DNA of 64,000 nucleotides from the human T2T-CHM13v2.0 reference genome, Homo sapiens: NCBI RefSeq assembly GCF_009914755.1, contig NC_060929.1; one strand, 5' to 3'. Position numbers and translations under genes: made by a program. The notes beneath the pieces were generated by a model. It was not told where the DNA came from. It saw only the letters and a list, made by a program, of their open reading frames with translations, and did no database searches. Below, in pieces: positions 46,264-61,321 of this stretch. How positions within the stretch are numbered: position 1 is the stretch's first letter; every line of letters starts with the position of its first letter.

Positions 46264-47259
46264 CAAAATAACCCTAAAACTTATGGTTTTATTGTCTTGT
46301 AGAAAATCAACCAATTGTGTATCTATCTAGCTCAGCAATCTTATTGCAGTTTCTTTTTTATTGCAGTGCTTATTTTGGTGTTTCCCTCGCTTATTATATA
46401 CACATTAGTTTCTCCTGTCCTCCTATGAATCAGCCTTGTCATCCTGCTGTTTCTCTCATTATTGAGTTAATTAAAACCTGACACATATTCAATATGATTT
46501 TTATCAGAATTGTGTTTTTTATTTATTGAAAATTAAATTTCAATATGACCAAAGGAACACAGTTCAGCCACGAACAAAATACATTTTGAAAAAACTTGAG
46601 TAGTTTTCTAGCAATGATGGATCATCATGATAAAGATCATTTTCTTAAACTCACAAGATTCTTCCAAAATCCCCTGAAAAGCCTCTTTCCCCAGCCCAGG
46701 CCCAAAGGCTTCAGATTCTTCTCCACTTTCACTTTTCTTCTAATTCTACAGTATAAAATAAAGTACAAGAGAACTTGTCTAATAGGACTAAATCCTACTC
46801 AGAGGACAGCAGGAGGGGCATTGTACTTTCCAAAGCAGAATCCTTATTTTATTGGTTTGCAAAAGGGAAAAACTGGGAACATGCATACAGTAACAATTTT
46901 GATCCTACCCTATAGAGTTATGACTCTATCAGTTTGGAAGCTGGAAAACTGGTGTAAGTAGAGATTGAGAAAGAAATTGCAGGTTTTTTTTTTTTTAAGC
47001 TCTTTTCATCCTTGTCACAGGAGAGAGGTGTGGGGCACAACAGGGAAGGCTGTCCCATGTCCTAGCATCGTGACGGATTTGCATGACTTATCTTTCCTCA
47101 CTGAAAAGCTCAGTCCTCGCAAGTAAACCACCCCTCTCTGCACCCAAATTTCATCTAGTCTTCTAAGGGGAACCCAGAGTTGACTTTCCAGCCTCTTTTT
47201 CAATGGAATAGTTAAGTGAAAAGTATTCCAGAAGCAATAAACATGTAATGATGGCCCAG

Positions 47260-47415
47260 TGCCAGATCCTATCAGAAGTGCTTTGCATATATTAATTCAT
47301 TTAATCCACATAATAACCCTGTAAGGTAAGTACTACTATTACCCTCATTTTACAGATGAGGGAAGTTAGTTTCTGGATACCATACAGATAGTAAGTGGCA
47401 GAGCAGGGACTGAAA
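47260..47415 (-). mobile_element. MIR
   Basis: attaattcatttaatcc..aaccctgtaaggtaagtactactattaccctcattttacagatgagg. Confidence 0.82.
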
Positions 47416-48158
47416 CAGCCGATTTGGCTCTTCACCATGGCACCATATGTCTCTTTCAAATACTCTCCTTCCCCACCAAGCACCCTGCACCAAGTAAAAG
47501 GCCTTGATCACTGTGAATAACTTAGTGACTCTAATCTTGATATCTTTATTATTTCTACATGCCTTCCTCAACTTACACAATTGAGTATTCAGGAAGTTAT
47601 TATGAAATTAAAACTATGATAAGCCCAAGCCCATAAACGATGAACAATAACTGATGAATATATTTTTCTACTTATTTTTGTCTACACTGGATTGAAATAA
47701 AACAAGTCAATGTGAAGAATTTGCAATAGTAAGAAAAGAAAATGACATTGGAAGTGAAAGTCATTTTGTCATAGCTGTGACCCACACTACTGCCTAGTTT
47801 CCCATACTTATCTCCACAACAAACTTCTGTGTATTCTGTGTGTTCCCATTTGTGAGGCAAAAGTTTTACACAATCCTAACATTTTAAATTGCGCTTCTCA
47901 CGTAGCAGGTTGAATTTGCCTGGGCTGAATACTGTGCTATCTGAGCTTCAGCTCTAATAATATTGGCAAATAATATTTAAAAGTATAATACAGTCTAACA
48001 TGCGCCACAGAATCACAGATTGTGATAAATAGGGCACTAAAGATCATCTATCTCCATATGTATGATTATATTAGATTTTGTATGAGAACATATTAAGCAA
48101 ATGTCCTTTGTCCAGATAACATGGATTCTGAGAAAGATTTTATAAAATTGCTGTAAAG

Positions 48159-48496
48159 CAGGGGCCCCAACCTCCAGGCCATGGACCAGAATGGTCCATG
48201 GTCTGTTAAGAACCAGGCCGCATAGCAGGAGGTGAAGTGGCAGATGAGCAAGCATTACCATCTGAGCTCTGCCTCCTATCAGATCAGCAGCAGCATTAGA
48301 TTCTCATAGGAATGTGAACCCTATTCTGCACTGTATATCTGAGGGATCTAGGTTGTGTGCTCCTTATGAGAATCTAATGCCTGATGATCTAAGGTGGAAC
48401 AGTTTCATCCCAAAACTATCCCACCCCCTCCCAGTCCGTGGAAAAAATGTCTTCCATGAAATCAGTCCTTGATGCCAAAAAGGTTGGGAACTGCTG
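48159..48496 (+). mobile_element. MER1B (hAT-Charlie) DNA transposon with perfect 8-bp TSD
   Basis: Terminal inverted repeats caggggccccaacc / aggttgggaactgctg; internal gcattagattctcatagga / tccttatgagaatctaatgc; TSD CTGTAAAG at 48151-48158 and 48497-48504. Confidence 0.93.
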
Positions 48497-48869
48497 CTGT
48501 AAAGAATAGATGGTACTTAATGCTAGAACTAGAAGAATGCCCACATGTGATGACTGCTTTTCTGGTAAATGAGGCCACTTTCTGGGGGCCGCAAACTGGT
48601 CACCATACTTGATTCAGGATCCTTTATGTGTCATAAAATGATAAGGAAAGAGCCATTTAGTGCAGTACAGCAGTGCACTTTCTAACGACGGGCACCTGAA
48701 AATATTGCATGCACTTGCCTAGGTACTTGGTTTATGATTGGCTTGAACACCGGAGATCAAGTCAGTCAGCAAAACGCTTATTCTACACTGTGTTGTGTTA
48801 AACGCCAGGAAGCATCAGGAGTGGCAAAAGTAAGAAAGTCTCTGTTCAGGTTTCTGTGCCTCTGTGTCT

Positions 48870-49000
48870 ATTACATGCCAGGCAACATGCTGAGGATTTT
48901 ACATGCCTTGCGGTGCTTAATCTTCCTCACAGCCCTGTGAGATGGGTGTGATTGTGCTCATTTTGTCACTGAGGAAATAGAAGTTCTCAGAGCTTAATGA
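48870..49000 (-). mobile_element. MIR
   Basis: ttaatcttcctcacagccctgtgagatggg..cattttgtcactgaggaaa. Confidence 0.7.
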
Positions 49001-50129
49001 TCCACTTGGGATTTAATTCTTAGGTAGGAAGGTAGATGGGTTGTGCCAATGGAAGAGGAATAGATACAGATATTTGCTGCAAAGTATGCAAAATATATGC
49101 CACAGAGAAGAAAAAGATAGATGCTAAGAAAATACAGAGTGCAGTCATGAAGGGAGCGCTCTGGAGGGAAACCAAGAGGACTTTGTTTCTCCCGAGAGGT
49201 TTTAGAAGAAGGAATAAGAAGAGCAGGCACCCTCATACACTCTGGGTTGGGTGAAAAGTGATACAACTGTTTTTGGACCTCAATTTGGCAATGTCTGTAA
49301 AAGTTTACACTTAATTACCCTTTGACCTAGCAATTCCATTTCTAGAAATTTAGTTAAGAAATGAATTGTACACATGATTAATCAGATCTTCTGACCAGAG
49401 AGCAACAAGATGATCGAGTGGCTCAGCTGTCCAATGAGTGTCTATTGAGTGATTTCACAGCACCATCAGCACCTAAGAATCTTAAGGGGGTTCATCCTGC
49501 CAAGTGGCATTTAAACCCTGTAAGCCTAATGTTTTATCCATAGGACAACTCAACTCCTAGCCACTGACTTTTGTCATTTTTACTTGCTGGAACTTAAGTC
49601 TATTTATGAGCTTTAAGGAAGCATGGAAAACAGCAACCTTATTAGTTCTCTTAAAAGCGAAGTTACTATAACAGATGGATGCTGTATACTTTTTAAAGGC
49701 CTTTCTGCCCATAGCCTAATACAAAGAAAAAATTGTTTTGAAAATTACTGAAAAATGGAAACCAAAGAGAAATACTTGGTGGGGGTTGCTAGGGGAGGGA
49801 TTCAAAGCACTCATGTGTATCTGCTTTAAATACCTAAATGTTATTTGTTGGCTGATTTGTATGGTGACCTTATACATCTGTATCCACAATCTCAAACCCA
49901 ATATCTTTATTACAGACATTTGCCAAACATTCCACACACACAAAAAATGCTCCTTATAAAAACATCCAGACATCCATGATTGAAGCTATCCAGAAACTCA
50001 AAATTGTGACCAATTCTCATTCCATTGGACAATGGGGTTAAGAGAAATTTATTGATCAGAATGAAAGGGATTTTTTGGCATCAATGTATTAAGTTTTTTG
50101 AATAAAATGTTAATAGTTTCCATTCACCC

Positions 50130-50145
50130 CTCTCTCTCTCTCTCA

Positions 50146-50182
<37 letters not shown>
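50130..50182. repeat. (CT)n(CA)n microsatellite
   Basis: Directly visible. Confidence 0.95.
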
Positions 50183-50184
<2 letters not shown>

Positions 50185-50584
50185 TTGCCAATTTCAAAAA
50201 GTGGTTTCATTTTCCAACTCCATTAAGTATTTTATTCTGGATTCAAGAATAAGCATTCCAAGTTCATTTCAAGTTCAACCATAAATAGGTCATGGAAATT
50301 CAATTATTTGATGGTAACCATCAACAATAAATGCTAAATAGAAAGACCAGAACCAAGAATTTCACCTGTGTTTACATCAATAAAGATTTGCTGGCTCAAG
50401 AAAGAAAGATGAGATAAATCTTGCCAGATGGAGAGAAGCTGAGGTGAGCAGCAACAGTATTGGTTCTACTTTGAAAATAATGTTGTCACCTATTTAAGTG
50501 GGATTACATATTCCATTATGTGTGCTTATTCCATGTGCAATTTGTCATCCTGGTCCTAGAATCAAGGGAGGCAAAACTGAATGG

Positions 50585-51225
50585 AGACCAACTGAAACCC
50601 TTATACACTGCTGGTGAGCGGGTAAATTGGTACAACCATTTTGCAAAACTGACAGTTTCAACTAAAGCTTAACATATGCATACTATATGACCCTGCAATT
50701 CCACTCTTAGGGATGTGTGTGTACATGTGTATGTGTATGTGTGATGTGTGTGTATTCTCAAAAGCATGTACACATTTTTACCAAAAGACATGTACTAGAA
50801 CATTGATAGCAACACTAGTTTTATAGCCCAAATGAAAAATATCCACTGCCCAACAACAGTAGAATGAAGAAATAAATTGTGAAATAGTCACACAATGGAA
50901 TTCTGTACAGCAAAGAATGATATGCAACCACATCTAATAGTATGGATGCACTCGCCAATGTAATGTGACAGAAAAAAGCCAGACACGAGAGAGAGTGTAT
51001 TATTTCACCCATATGAAACACCAAAAAGGCCAAACTAATCTATTCTGCTAGAAGTCAAGGTAATGGTTAGCTCTGGGGAGAGGGATGACTAGAATAAAGA
51101 GGCCCCGGAGGGTCTTCTGGGAGCTTGTCATGTTCTGCTTCTTGGCGTGGGTGTTAGTTACATGGACGTGTTCTGTTTGTGAAAGTTTACAAACTGTGCA
51201 CTTACGACATAATAACTTTTTCAGT
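50585..51225 (+). mobile_element. Old L1 (L1ME/MB-like) 3' end
   Basis: tacactgctggtgag..gtaaattggtacaaccattttg; atgaccctgcaattccactctt; ggccaaactaatctat..tagaagtca. Confidence 0.8.
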
Positions 51226-52224
51226 TGAATAATGAGAAGTACACATGAGAAAACCCCCTCCGAATCCAGTCAAACAATTGGAATAGGTGCTTGGATCAGG
51301 AGACAGAACCAATCATGAGAGGGACCGTTGCCTTTTCCCCTCTCTATAGCTCCAACATGGCTGGAGAAAAGGTCTCCATGGTCTCTCAGTATGGGAGGGT
51401 CCTTTTTCCTCACTCTGGATTGCCACCTGCAAAATTATAAAAGTTGATATTTTAAGGGCCGCAAGCCTGCTAGTGCATACAAAATGGCCAGAAGATATTG
51501 CTGAGCTGGCAAAGCAAACGCTTGCCCCAAGCCTTTCCTGCCAATGCCAGAGTAAATATTTTAATCCTGCATCCTGAGTTGGAGTTGGATTTATCTCAGC
51601 TTTCCTGGGTCTATTCCACAGCCTCTCCCTTCACCACCTGCTTCTTCCTTTATTTGTTTTCAAGGATAAGTTTTTGCTGAGAGTGACACCCGGCAGCTCA
51701 GCCTGCCATCTCACATGGATTGGACTGGCCTTCTTTCAATAGTCCTCAGAGCCTCTGAAGGGCTAAAACCAAATGCCATGGTCTTTGTTCACAGTGATCT
51801 GAGCCTGAGAGTTCTTTATATAAATAAGCAGCAGGATCGGTATGTGAGGACGTTTCCTTTCATTCTGATGGCAATTTGACAAGGCTTCTTCCTTATTCTG
51901 GCTTCAGTCAACTTTCCTTTATAACTTGACATAAAAGCACTCCTCTGGCCACAGTGTTTCTCTTGGTAAGAATATCAAACTGCAATGTGACTAACACTGC
52001 AACCACATTTCCATCCAACTCAGATCATACATTTTTATATTTGGACCTAAAGAAATGCTATTACAACCAAAAGAGTAATATAGTCCACCGGTAATTGTTT
52101 GTTATCAGAATAAAGCAACACAGTGATATAGATCTTTCCAATGGACAAGTAGTAAAACCTTTACTACTACTGACCCTGTATTGTGTTATTTGTGTATTTA
52201 ATATCAATAATGATGATGGTAAAC

Positions 52225-52415
52225 AGTTATATTAGTGTTAGTATTGTTCTAAGTGTTTTTACGTTATTGATTTTAACGCTCAGAATCACCCTATAAGGTA
52301 GACATTATTATATGCCGATTTTACAGCTGAATGTTAGGCATAGAGACATTAGGTGATCTGTCTAAAATCTCAGAGTTGGTTAGAGGTGAGGCTGAAATGT
52401 GAATCTAAGCAGCCC
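52225..52415 (-). mobile_element. MIR
   Basis: accctataaggtagacattatta..attttacagctga..aggcatagaga. Confidence 0.7.
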
Positions 52416-54352
52416 TGATGACTGTCCTAAGAATGATCTTCCTAATATTTTCTTAGACCAAATAACAAAATGAGCTTGTTTCCTTTACGCACAGTTTGGC
52501 TATGCAGAAACGAAGACGATCTTTAGCTGGAAGGGTAAAAAGACTACACAGGGAACATCTACTCTACCAACAAACCAAGGGAACAGAGGGGAATGGACCA
52601 AGAGTAATTCTCACAGCCGGTGAGTCAAAGGCACGTAATTGAGGGCTCACTAGCAAGGTGATGGTTATGTCATGACCCAAAGTCAGGAAGGTGGTCCAGG
52701 CAGTGACCACTGTAGTCTAACTAAATTGGAGCAGCAAACTGGCCTATAGTGAGGCAGGAGAGGGCTATGAGCAGAGAGGAAGTGCCTGATATACAGCTGC
52801 AGAAGCAAGGAAGGAAGGAGAACAGACCCTGGAAGCCCAAGAAAAGCAGAGAGAGTGGGTATGAGGATGGGGAAGATGACAGTGGCAGTTCAGGATCAGG
52901 GGTCAAGGCAGGACAGTGCTGTGGCCCTGATGGATGGCTTTGAAAGCTCAGCCTCTCCTGTCATTCATACCTGGATGACAGGTATGCCTTGCTCTAAATG
53001 CCTTGCTCTCCTCCTATGCCCTCAGCCTGGGCTAATACCTCCCCTCCCCATTTTACTGTCATGTGTTATTCTAATCTCAGGTCTTGTGTAAAGGTTTTGA
53101 GAAGCGAACTCCATTTTTCCTTATATTTGCTGCATATAAACTACTCTCTTATTCTCCCTTTTGTGTAAGAGGAAGAGAAATAATCCCATCTTTTTGCTAA
53201 CATTTTAATCCTGTGTATCTCTCTAAGACCTCAGTCATCCTTTTGACCCCAAACACCTCTATTTCTTCTTGTCCTACTGTTCTTGCCCCTCTATCTCCAA
53301 ATGTGCATAGATCTCTTCCATCCCATAATAACTGAGCTTGGCCTCATGGTTCTCCACATTGTTCTTTCTTTAACAGGGTAGGGGAGAAACACAAGCACTA
53401 ATCTTAAATCAAAAGAGCTGGGGTACAAGCATTGGCCACATCAGTTACAACCTGGGTGGGATTGGCTAAGTCACTTATCTTCTCTGCTCTCATTTCCTCC
53501 TCCAGAAACTGAACAATAAAAGCAGCACAACATGGAGTGGTGTGTGCAACCCCAGCCCTGGGCAAGCAGAGGTACTTGGTACTCACCAAATGTTTCATGT
53601 ACTCCCCTCCATTTCTCAGCACCCCTGTTGTCAGATTGGGGCCAATGGCCTGTGCATGAATGTGCCATGTGTTTTTCAAGCTGAAGCAGTTCACAGCTGG
53701 TGCCCTCTTCCCTTCCACTCTATTGCCATAGTACTTTGGAGAACACATGTTTCAGGTGGTAAGGATGGAAGATGTAGGAAGCTGCCTGGCCCCTTCAGAT
53801 GCAATGCAATGAAGAAAGACATCTTTACTGGGCAAAGCTCCTGAGATTTTCATGGTGATTGTGGCTCTGCCTAGCATCGTTGTCCTGAATATCCCAGAAC
53901 AAGCACAAGCTGGATCCAGAGTGAGCCTGTACCAAACTCTCTGGTTCTCTCCTATGCTGTTGACCAACAGTGTGATCATAGGCACATCTCAACACCCTCT
54001 GGATTTCAGTATTCTCTCTTCTATTAGAAATAGAGATTTTTAAACAGTTCTGGATTTTGAGCCCTTTTTAAAACATAAAGCCCTTACTTTAAGTGAAATC
54101 TGATGTGGAGGCCCAACATAGAAAACAGAAAAGTGTGGAGAAACTCTGGTTGATTGGGAGGTCAGGGAGGGGCAGGGACCCCACACAGTCATCCCCCACC
54201 CCCACCACTTTCATCCCTGAAAATGAAAACTAACATAACTCCCTTTATTTAATTATGCTAAATAATACTGGAAACAGACATACTTTTCTGTCCATATCTT
54301 AAACGATTCTGAGACCAAGTGAGAATACATTAACCATGTGTTCTGAACACAC

Positions 54353-55014
<662 letters not shown>

Positions 55015-55637
55015 AATCGGCATTCCTGAAACAGCTCCCGATATGATTCTGTAGAAACATTGATTTCTTTCAAAACCACTGAGCTGGGTGATCTCTAAAG
55101 CCCCACTACCTTCAGCATTCTACTTGAATTCCAATCCCGATTTCCTTCCAGTTCATCTTCTGGGTTGCCTGGCTCCCTAGACACAGTCTCTCTTTCTCTG
55201 ATAGTTTAAGGTCAAATATGAAGGGAATGCATTGGTGCAAGAGCCAGCTGTTCCTCCCCTGCCTGATCATCTCATTCAGCCCCAAAAAAGTGAGATTCTG
55301 CATTACCCAGAACTTTCCCCACTTATGATACTAAATTCTGTTGCCATCCCAGAGCATAGAAACTCTCTGAAGTCTTTAAAGCTCTGTGTGATAAGCTTGC
55401 CAAACTAAGGAAGGGAGGAAAGAGGGGCTGAGAGAAACCATGAGGAAGCACCCAAAGTAGATCACAATGGTCAAACAACAGAACCGGGACTTGGGCACAA
55501 CTCAAAGCCTGCAAGGAAACAGGCACACAGCCGCAGCTGGGAATGGCCTTGCCAGACACATCGGCGAGGAAGCCCTCACGTTGTGAAGTTTGCAATCATA
55601 GCCACACCTCAGCTTGAGGACTTCGTGAGAAGATTTA

Positions 55638-55820
55638 TCAAAGTAGGTTCCCAGGACCAGCAGCACCAGAATCCTCTGGGAATATGTTATAAATACAAAT
55701 TCTTGGGTTCCACTCAAGGCTGATTAAACCAGGACTCAAGTGGGGACAACACTCAAAAATCTGCAACTTAACAAATTCCCCGGGGGATTCTGATGCACAC
55801 TCTCGTGCGAGAATCAGAGT
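55638..55820. mobile_element. MER5A-like hAT-Charlie element
   Basis: ggaccagcagcacc..tgttataaatacaaattcttggg..aatctgcaacttaacaa..gattctgatgcacac. Confidence 0.78.
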
Positions 55821-55849
55821 TATCTTAGAACATACATCCCTAACTCTTC

Positions 55850-55990
55850 TACTGTAAAACCAAGGAAACAAAACAGAGGCCCAGAGAGGCTGAGTCATTT
55901 GCTCCAGACCACACAGCTCATTAGTGCCAGGGCCAGGCCAAGAATCCAAGCCTCCCATGTCCTGTTCTGGGTCACATTCCACTATGTGGC
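55850..55990 (-). mobile_element. MIR
   Basis: aaacagaggcccagagagg..tcatttgctccagaccacacagct. Confidence 0.7.
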
Positions 55991-56275
55991 TTAAGCAATG
56001 GCCAACAAAGATCTGGGTGTCCAGGATCACCAGATGGGTCTACAAGCAAGAGCCTTAAATGCAGCAATCTGGTTGGAAGGGAAAGTGTCCAGGGGACTAG
56101 TCATGCCACTTCCTTGCCTCGGTGAGTACACTGATGTCACTCACATTGTAGGTACAGTTGAGGAGGCCTGGGGCAGAGGGCTGCAGGTGTGAGCTCCTAA
56201 AAAAGCTCCGTGGCTGACGCTAAAGTCTCTGGCCAGTCAACTCACCACCAAAACCCACCAAATTGTCTTTATTAT

Positions 56276-56680
56276 TGTTAACAAAGAAAAAGCTTTAGAC
56301 AAATTAAACTTAGAAGAGTTTAACTGAGGGGGAGAAAAAAAGATTTGCAAATGGGTCAGCCCTCACCCAGAACAGATTCAGAGAGACTCTGGACCTGTCT
56401 CATGGTCAGAGGACATTTATGGACAGAAAAGGAAAGCAAGTACAGAAACTGCTGGATTGGTTACAGCTGGCATTTGCCTTATTGGAGCACGGTTTGAACA
56501 GTTGGCCATCTGTGATTGGTTGAAGTGTGGCCACTGTAATAGGCCGAGATTCAGCTATTGTTACTGAAGCTTACTCCTAAGTTAACTTTTGAGTTAACAT
56601 ATTAGATTGCAGTTCAGACTTAAGAATTCAAATATGCAAGTGCAGAGGCTTTCTTGGGCCAAATTCAGCTTGATGTAACA
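56276..56680 (-). mobile_element. ERV1 solo LTR (MER57-like)
   Basis: TGtta...gtaaCA ends; gattcagagagactc; ggattggttacagct..gcatttgccttatt; several ATTGG (CCAAT) boxes. Confidence 0.75.
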
Positions 56681-58751
56681 GTACTATCAGAATCATCCTT
56701 ACATGTGTGTGGTGCCCCGCAGTTTATAAAGTGCCCTCACTCTGAAGCCATGTGAATGCATCCTTTTGGACGGCCAGATCCAGGAATCCGCCTGGGCAGA
56801 TGAGGCATCTCCTGGGCTTGGATCTAAGCCAGCTGCAGTTTGCCTCCTTCCAGCTCCAGAGGAAACTCCTGGGTGAATCAAATCTCTAGTCGAGTCAGCT
56901 CACCGCCTCCAGCAGGCTCTCACAAAGCTTCCTCTCTCTCTCCTCTCACCTCTCCTGGAGGCGCAAGGCAGTTGCCACCTGCCCTATGCTGCTGGACACT
57001 GCAGAGACAGGATCACCAAGCGCAAAAGCAAGGCAGGGTTGGCCCAAGCACAATGAACTGTGGCTGCCGCTGGACCTGTGTGTCTGGGTCGAGGTCAAGC
57101 CTCACCACCGAGATCTGGCCTGGGTGACGACGCGTGTGTGTCCTCGCATTTCTGAGTGAATTCTCAGTTATTCAAGAGAGGGTCCATTGGGCTCTCGCCT
57201 CCTTGTTTCTTCTCCTCCATGGAGGCATTTCATCGCTTTGCAGCTGCCTCTCCGATAGGAGGAAGTTAACATAGCTGTTTTCTGTGAGCAACTCTGCTTT
57301 GAAGTTAGAGCAAACCCAAAGCAAATGAAGCATTAGCTTTACAGACTGTCCTGAGGTATCCCTTTCATGGGCATTTTCTGTTTTCCAGACTTTCCAAGGG
57401 CTTCAACTGTTGTAAACACATGAATATTAACTCAGTTTAATTCAAAGGTGCTTTTGGCTCTCTTTCCAAGCTTATTCTCTTTATTGTCACACTGGCCTTC
57501 GTTTAATTCCTCAAAGAAGCCAAGCTGTTTATGCTTGAGGCTTGTATGCATCCTGTTCCCTGGAACACACTCTTTCTTAGATTTTGAACGATTAGCGCTG
57601 GTTGATTTGTCCATTTTCAGCCTAAAAGTCCTACAGACCATCCTATCGTCTCCTTTGCCCTCTGGTGCTTCATCCCACTAATTCCGTTCCTGGTATTTAT
57701 CGGTTTGCCTGTGTTTATGTTTACTTATTTGTAATTATTTATCTGTTTCTTTACCAATGTTCCCATGAGGCAGTAGGCTTACTGAGAGCATGGCACCTGT
57801 CACATTCACACTCTACGCTCAGCATCTTTAATGCAAGCCCTCAATAGATACCTGCAGATTGAGCAAAAGCATGAAGATTGCAACCCCTCTTATTTTCTAA
57901 GGAAAGGAACAAATATATTAAACAAAAATTGGCTCATACCCTGGAGTGTCCCTGAAATGCACAGGCAACAGTTAAATGACTGTTGGACATCCTCATCTTC
58001 CTTCCAGAGCAGCCCTGAGACCATCCTCTTCCCCTAGAAGGAGGCCCAGTCTTTTTCTGTGCTGCTGGATTCTCTGAGGCAGAAGGACATTATCCCACTC
58101 GGGATGTTCACTGAAATGAGACATTTCAGCTGAAAATCCACAGCCTACGAGAGAAGTGGAAAGGGGGAGGGGAAGAACAGTGTCAGAGCATTGGACACGA
58201 AAGGGATGCTCTGAGCAAAACCTGGAGGAGTTGGCTTCCTTCCAGGACACTGTTGGCTGTGGGATGAGACCTTGGTGGCAGGTGTGACTCCCCTCCTGTC
58301 CGAGTCAGCCTCTTAACTCTGCCACTTGCCTCCTTCAGACTCGCAAAGCCCTGTTCCTGGTGGCCCTCACCATCCTCTCAGTGTGGCCTCTAGTCATGGG
58401 CTGTCACTGGGATCAGCCTGGCCCTGGGCCTCTCTGCCAAGGCCATTTGCCCTTTAAGCCTCACCTCTCCTCAGGGAGGGAAAGACAGTGTTCCTTCTGG
58501 CCTCAGGCTCAGGCGACCACCAGCCTCTTCCACAAAACACCTTAGCACCCCAGCCTGAAGAAGGCCAGCTACCCCTGTAGAGAGCTCTGACTGTGTGTAG
58601 GAAAGGGGAAGGCCATCAGAACAGTCATGGAGAGAAAAGATTTCTAGAATCAAACGACTAACCAGTAATGTCAGGTATGGTTGAACTCATCATTTCACCT
58701 CTCAGTTGTACTAATCTCATTTATAAAGTATATTTCATTACAAAGTAGCAT

Positions 58752-58895
58752 GTATCATATGCATATATGCTTATATAAATGCACATGCATATGTGTATAT
58801 GTACATGATATATCATATGCATATATGTGTATATAAATGCACATACATATATGTGTATATGTACATGATATGTATACATGTTTGCACATATGTGT
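58752..58895. repeat. AT-rich low-complexity repeat with two ~58-60-bp units
   Basis: tatcatatgcatatatg..tatataaatgcacat..atgtgtatatgtacatgata present twice. Confidence 0.85.
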
Positions 58896-59020
58896 AGGAA
58901 AACCGATGAGCATCAAATATGAAATATTAACAATATTAGCTTGGTATGATGATGACAGCATACTGATATTTTATATTCTTTATACATGTATGAACCTTCC
59001 AAATGTTATATTATACAAAC

Positions 59021-59448
59021 TATTAAAAAGGTAAACTGGGACACAATAACATTTTAGAGTTTATTTGAGTGAATAGCAATTCATGAATCAAGCAGCCCCA
59101 AGCCAGAAGTGCTTCAGGGGTTCCATTGGAGAAACATAAAGGATAAGCTTTTATAGAGTGAATGTGGAAGTCATGCAAAGAAAATATTTGATTGGTTACA
59201 GGTATAAAGTTGCCATATTTGATCTACCTCACTGGAAAGTCCCTAGTTGCATGATTACAAGTTAGTTGGCTGCATCTTATTGGTTGAGCTTAAATTGTTT
59301 CACTCTAATACAAGCATTCACAAGAAATAGCCCAAATTAAGTCTCCTTCCCATTTCCAATGTAAGCAAAGTTAAGGTTATTTTCAAGACCTAACTGGCTT
59401 TGTCTGCTCAGGGAGTTTTTGTGGCCTCCATTTTAATTTGCTTTAACA
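59021..59448 (-). mobile_element. ERV1 solo LTR (MER4-group, MER65/MER49-like)
   Basis: gagtttatttgag..caattcatgaatc; tttgattggttaca; ggcctccattttaatttgctttaaCA. Confidence 0.65.
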
Positions 59449-60155
59449 ACACATAATTTACATACTTAGAAAGAGTTTAGTAAGAAAATAATTTCCAGAC
59501 TGCTGACTTCAGAGGGTAGATGTGAGCCCCGGTGGGATGGTACTCTGAAGGGTTCTGAAAAGTCAGAGGCATCACCCGATGCCTCTGGGATGCTGGAGAC
59601 TGGCAGGTCAGGCAGATCCTACTGGTTGGCAAGTGGCAGAGTGTCCCAAAGTTTCTCTCTAAATAAAGGAAGAGACACTGGCAGTGGCTGAGATTGATAA
59701 CACCCAATTTCAGGCTTTAGAGCAAGAGGGTTGGAAATCAATTTGTGTGTGGATTATGAATCACTGATACACAGCATGTGGCTTTCCAAATATTACTTAC
59801 TAAACCACCCAACATTTTCCAAATATAGTAATGATTAAGAGTCTGTCTATGGGCAAAAGTTCCATTCTGGAGCTCCAAAAGTTCCATTCTGGAGCTCCAA
59901 GGCAAAAGTTATACATTAGAAGGCTTCTTTCTTCCACCCTGAGGCTCTTGACGAAGTCCTTCACTACCCACCCACGGGTAGAAAGGAGACCCACATTGTA
60001 CAGGTTACAGATCAAATATGAAATCTGAATCTTTCTGTGTGATATGGGATTAGACACAGTTTATGCCAATAGTTGCAAAAACAGCATATGTGTGGCATTG
60101 TATAAGTATCACTATTGTATAAGGTGCTGGTGCTATTATGAGATCAGAGTCCATT

Positions 60156-60159
<4 letters not shown>

Positions 60160-60199
<40 letters not shown>

Positions 60200-60230
60200 T
60201 GTGTGTGTGTTTCTGTGTGTATGTGTGTGG
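60160..60230. repeat. (TG)n microsatellite
   Basis: Directly visible. Confidence 0.95.
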
Positions 60231-60789
60231 TAAGATTGATCCTTTTTTGGAAGAGGATGGGTGGGGGGAAGACTGGAGGCAGGAGGGGCCACAAAAGCTG
60301 TCCTTTTTGTTTCCTTCCCTGTGTCTTCTCCTCTTGTATGTGTTCCTTTACGTGGTTAAAATATAGTTTAAATGCCTATTTTTATTTTTTCCTATAGAAT
60401 GTTGATTCATTATCTTAAAGTGATGAATAAAGGTCTATAATTTTATTGTTTTTTGTCTTAAATAACAGCAAAATATACTAAAACCAGTGGTCTTCCAAAG
60501 GCAGGTTGCTTCCATTGACCTACAGCAAGCTAGTGTCAAAAGACAGAAAGATTCATCCTTCACTTAGTTAGGATTGCTTCATTGGAACCCTCGACTTTAT
60601 CTACTGTTTTTCACACTGGTATAATATTAACTCCATTGATGTTTTCACAAATTCTCAACTGGACCACAAAAGACAGGCAACCCTTTGCATGGTCCTTTAA
60701 CTTTGCTCATTTAGAATAACCCAATTATTGTCCTGAAGTTCTTCAGCAATGAAGAAATCTGTACCTTGGCAGAGATAGCAGAAGGGTTG

Positions 60790-61015
60790 AGAATAACGGG
60801 TACTAGCTCAGGAGTCAGACAGACCCGGATACAAATCCCAGTCACACTTAACTATTTGGGAGATCTCTGACTTGCCTTACTTTTCCCATCCGTAAATAGG
60901 GATAGTAAAAGCAGTTGCAGTGTGTTATTGGGAGAATTAAATAAGGGATGTTTGTAGAGGATTTAGCTCAATGTCATGCATATAATAAATAATTTATTTC
61001 TAATCACTGCTATTA
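60790..61015 (+). mobile_element. MIR
   Basis: ggagtcagacagacc..caaatcccag; ttttcccatccgtaaatagggatagtaa. Confidence 0.7.
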
Positions 61016-61018
61016 TGA

Positions 61019-61321
<303 letters not shown>

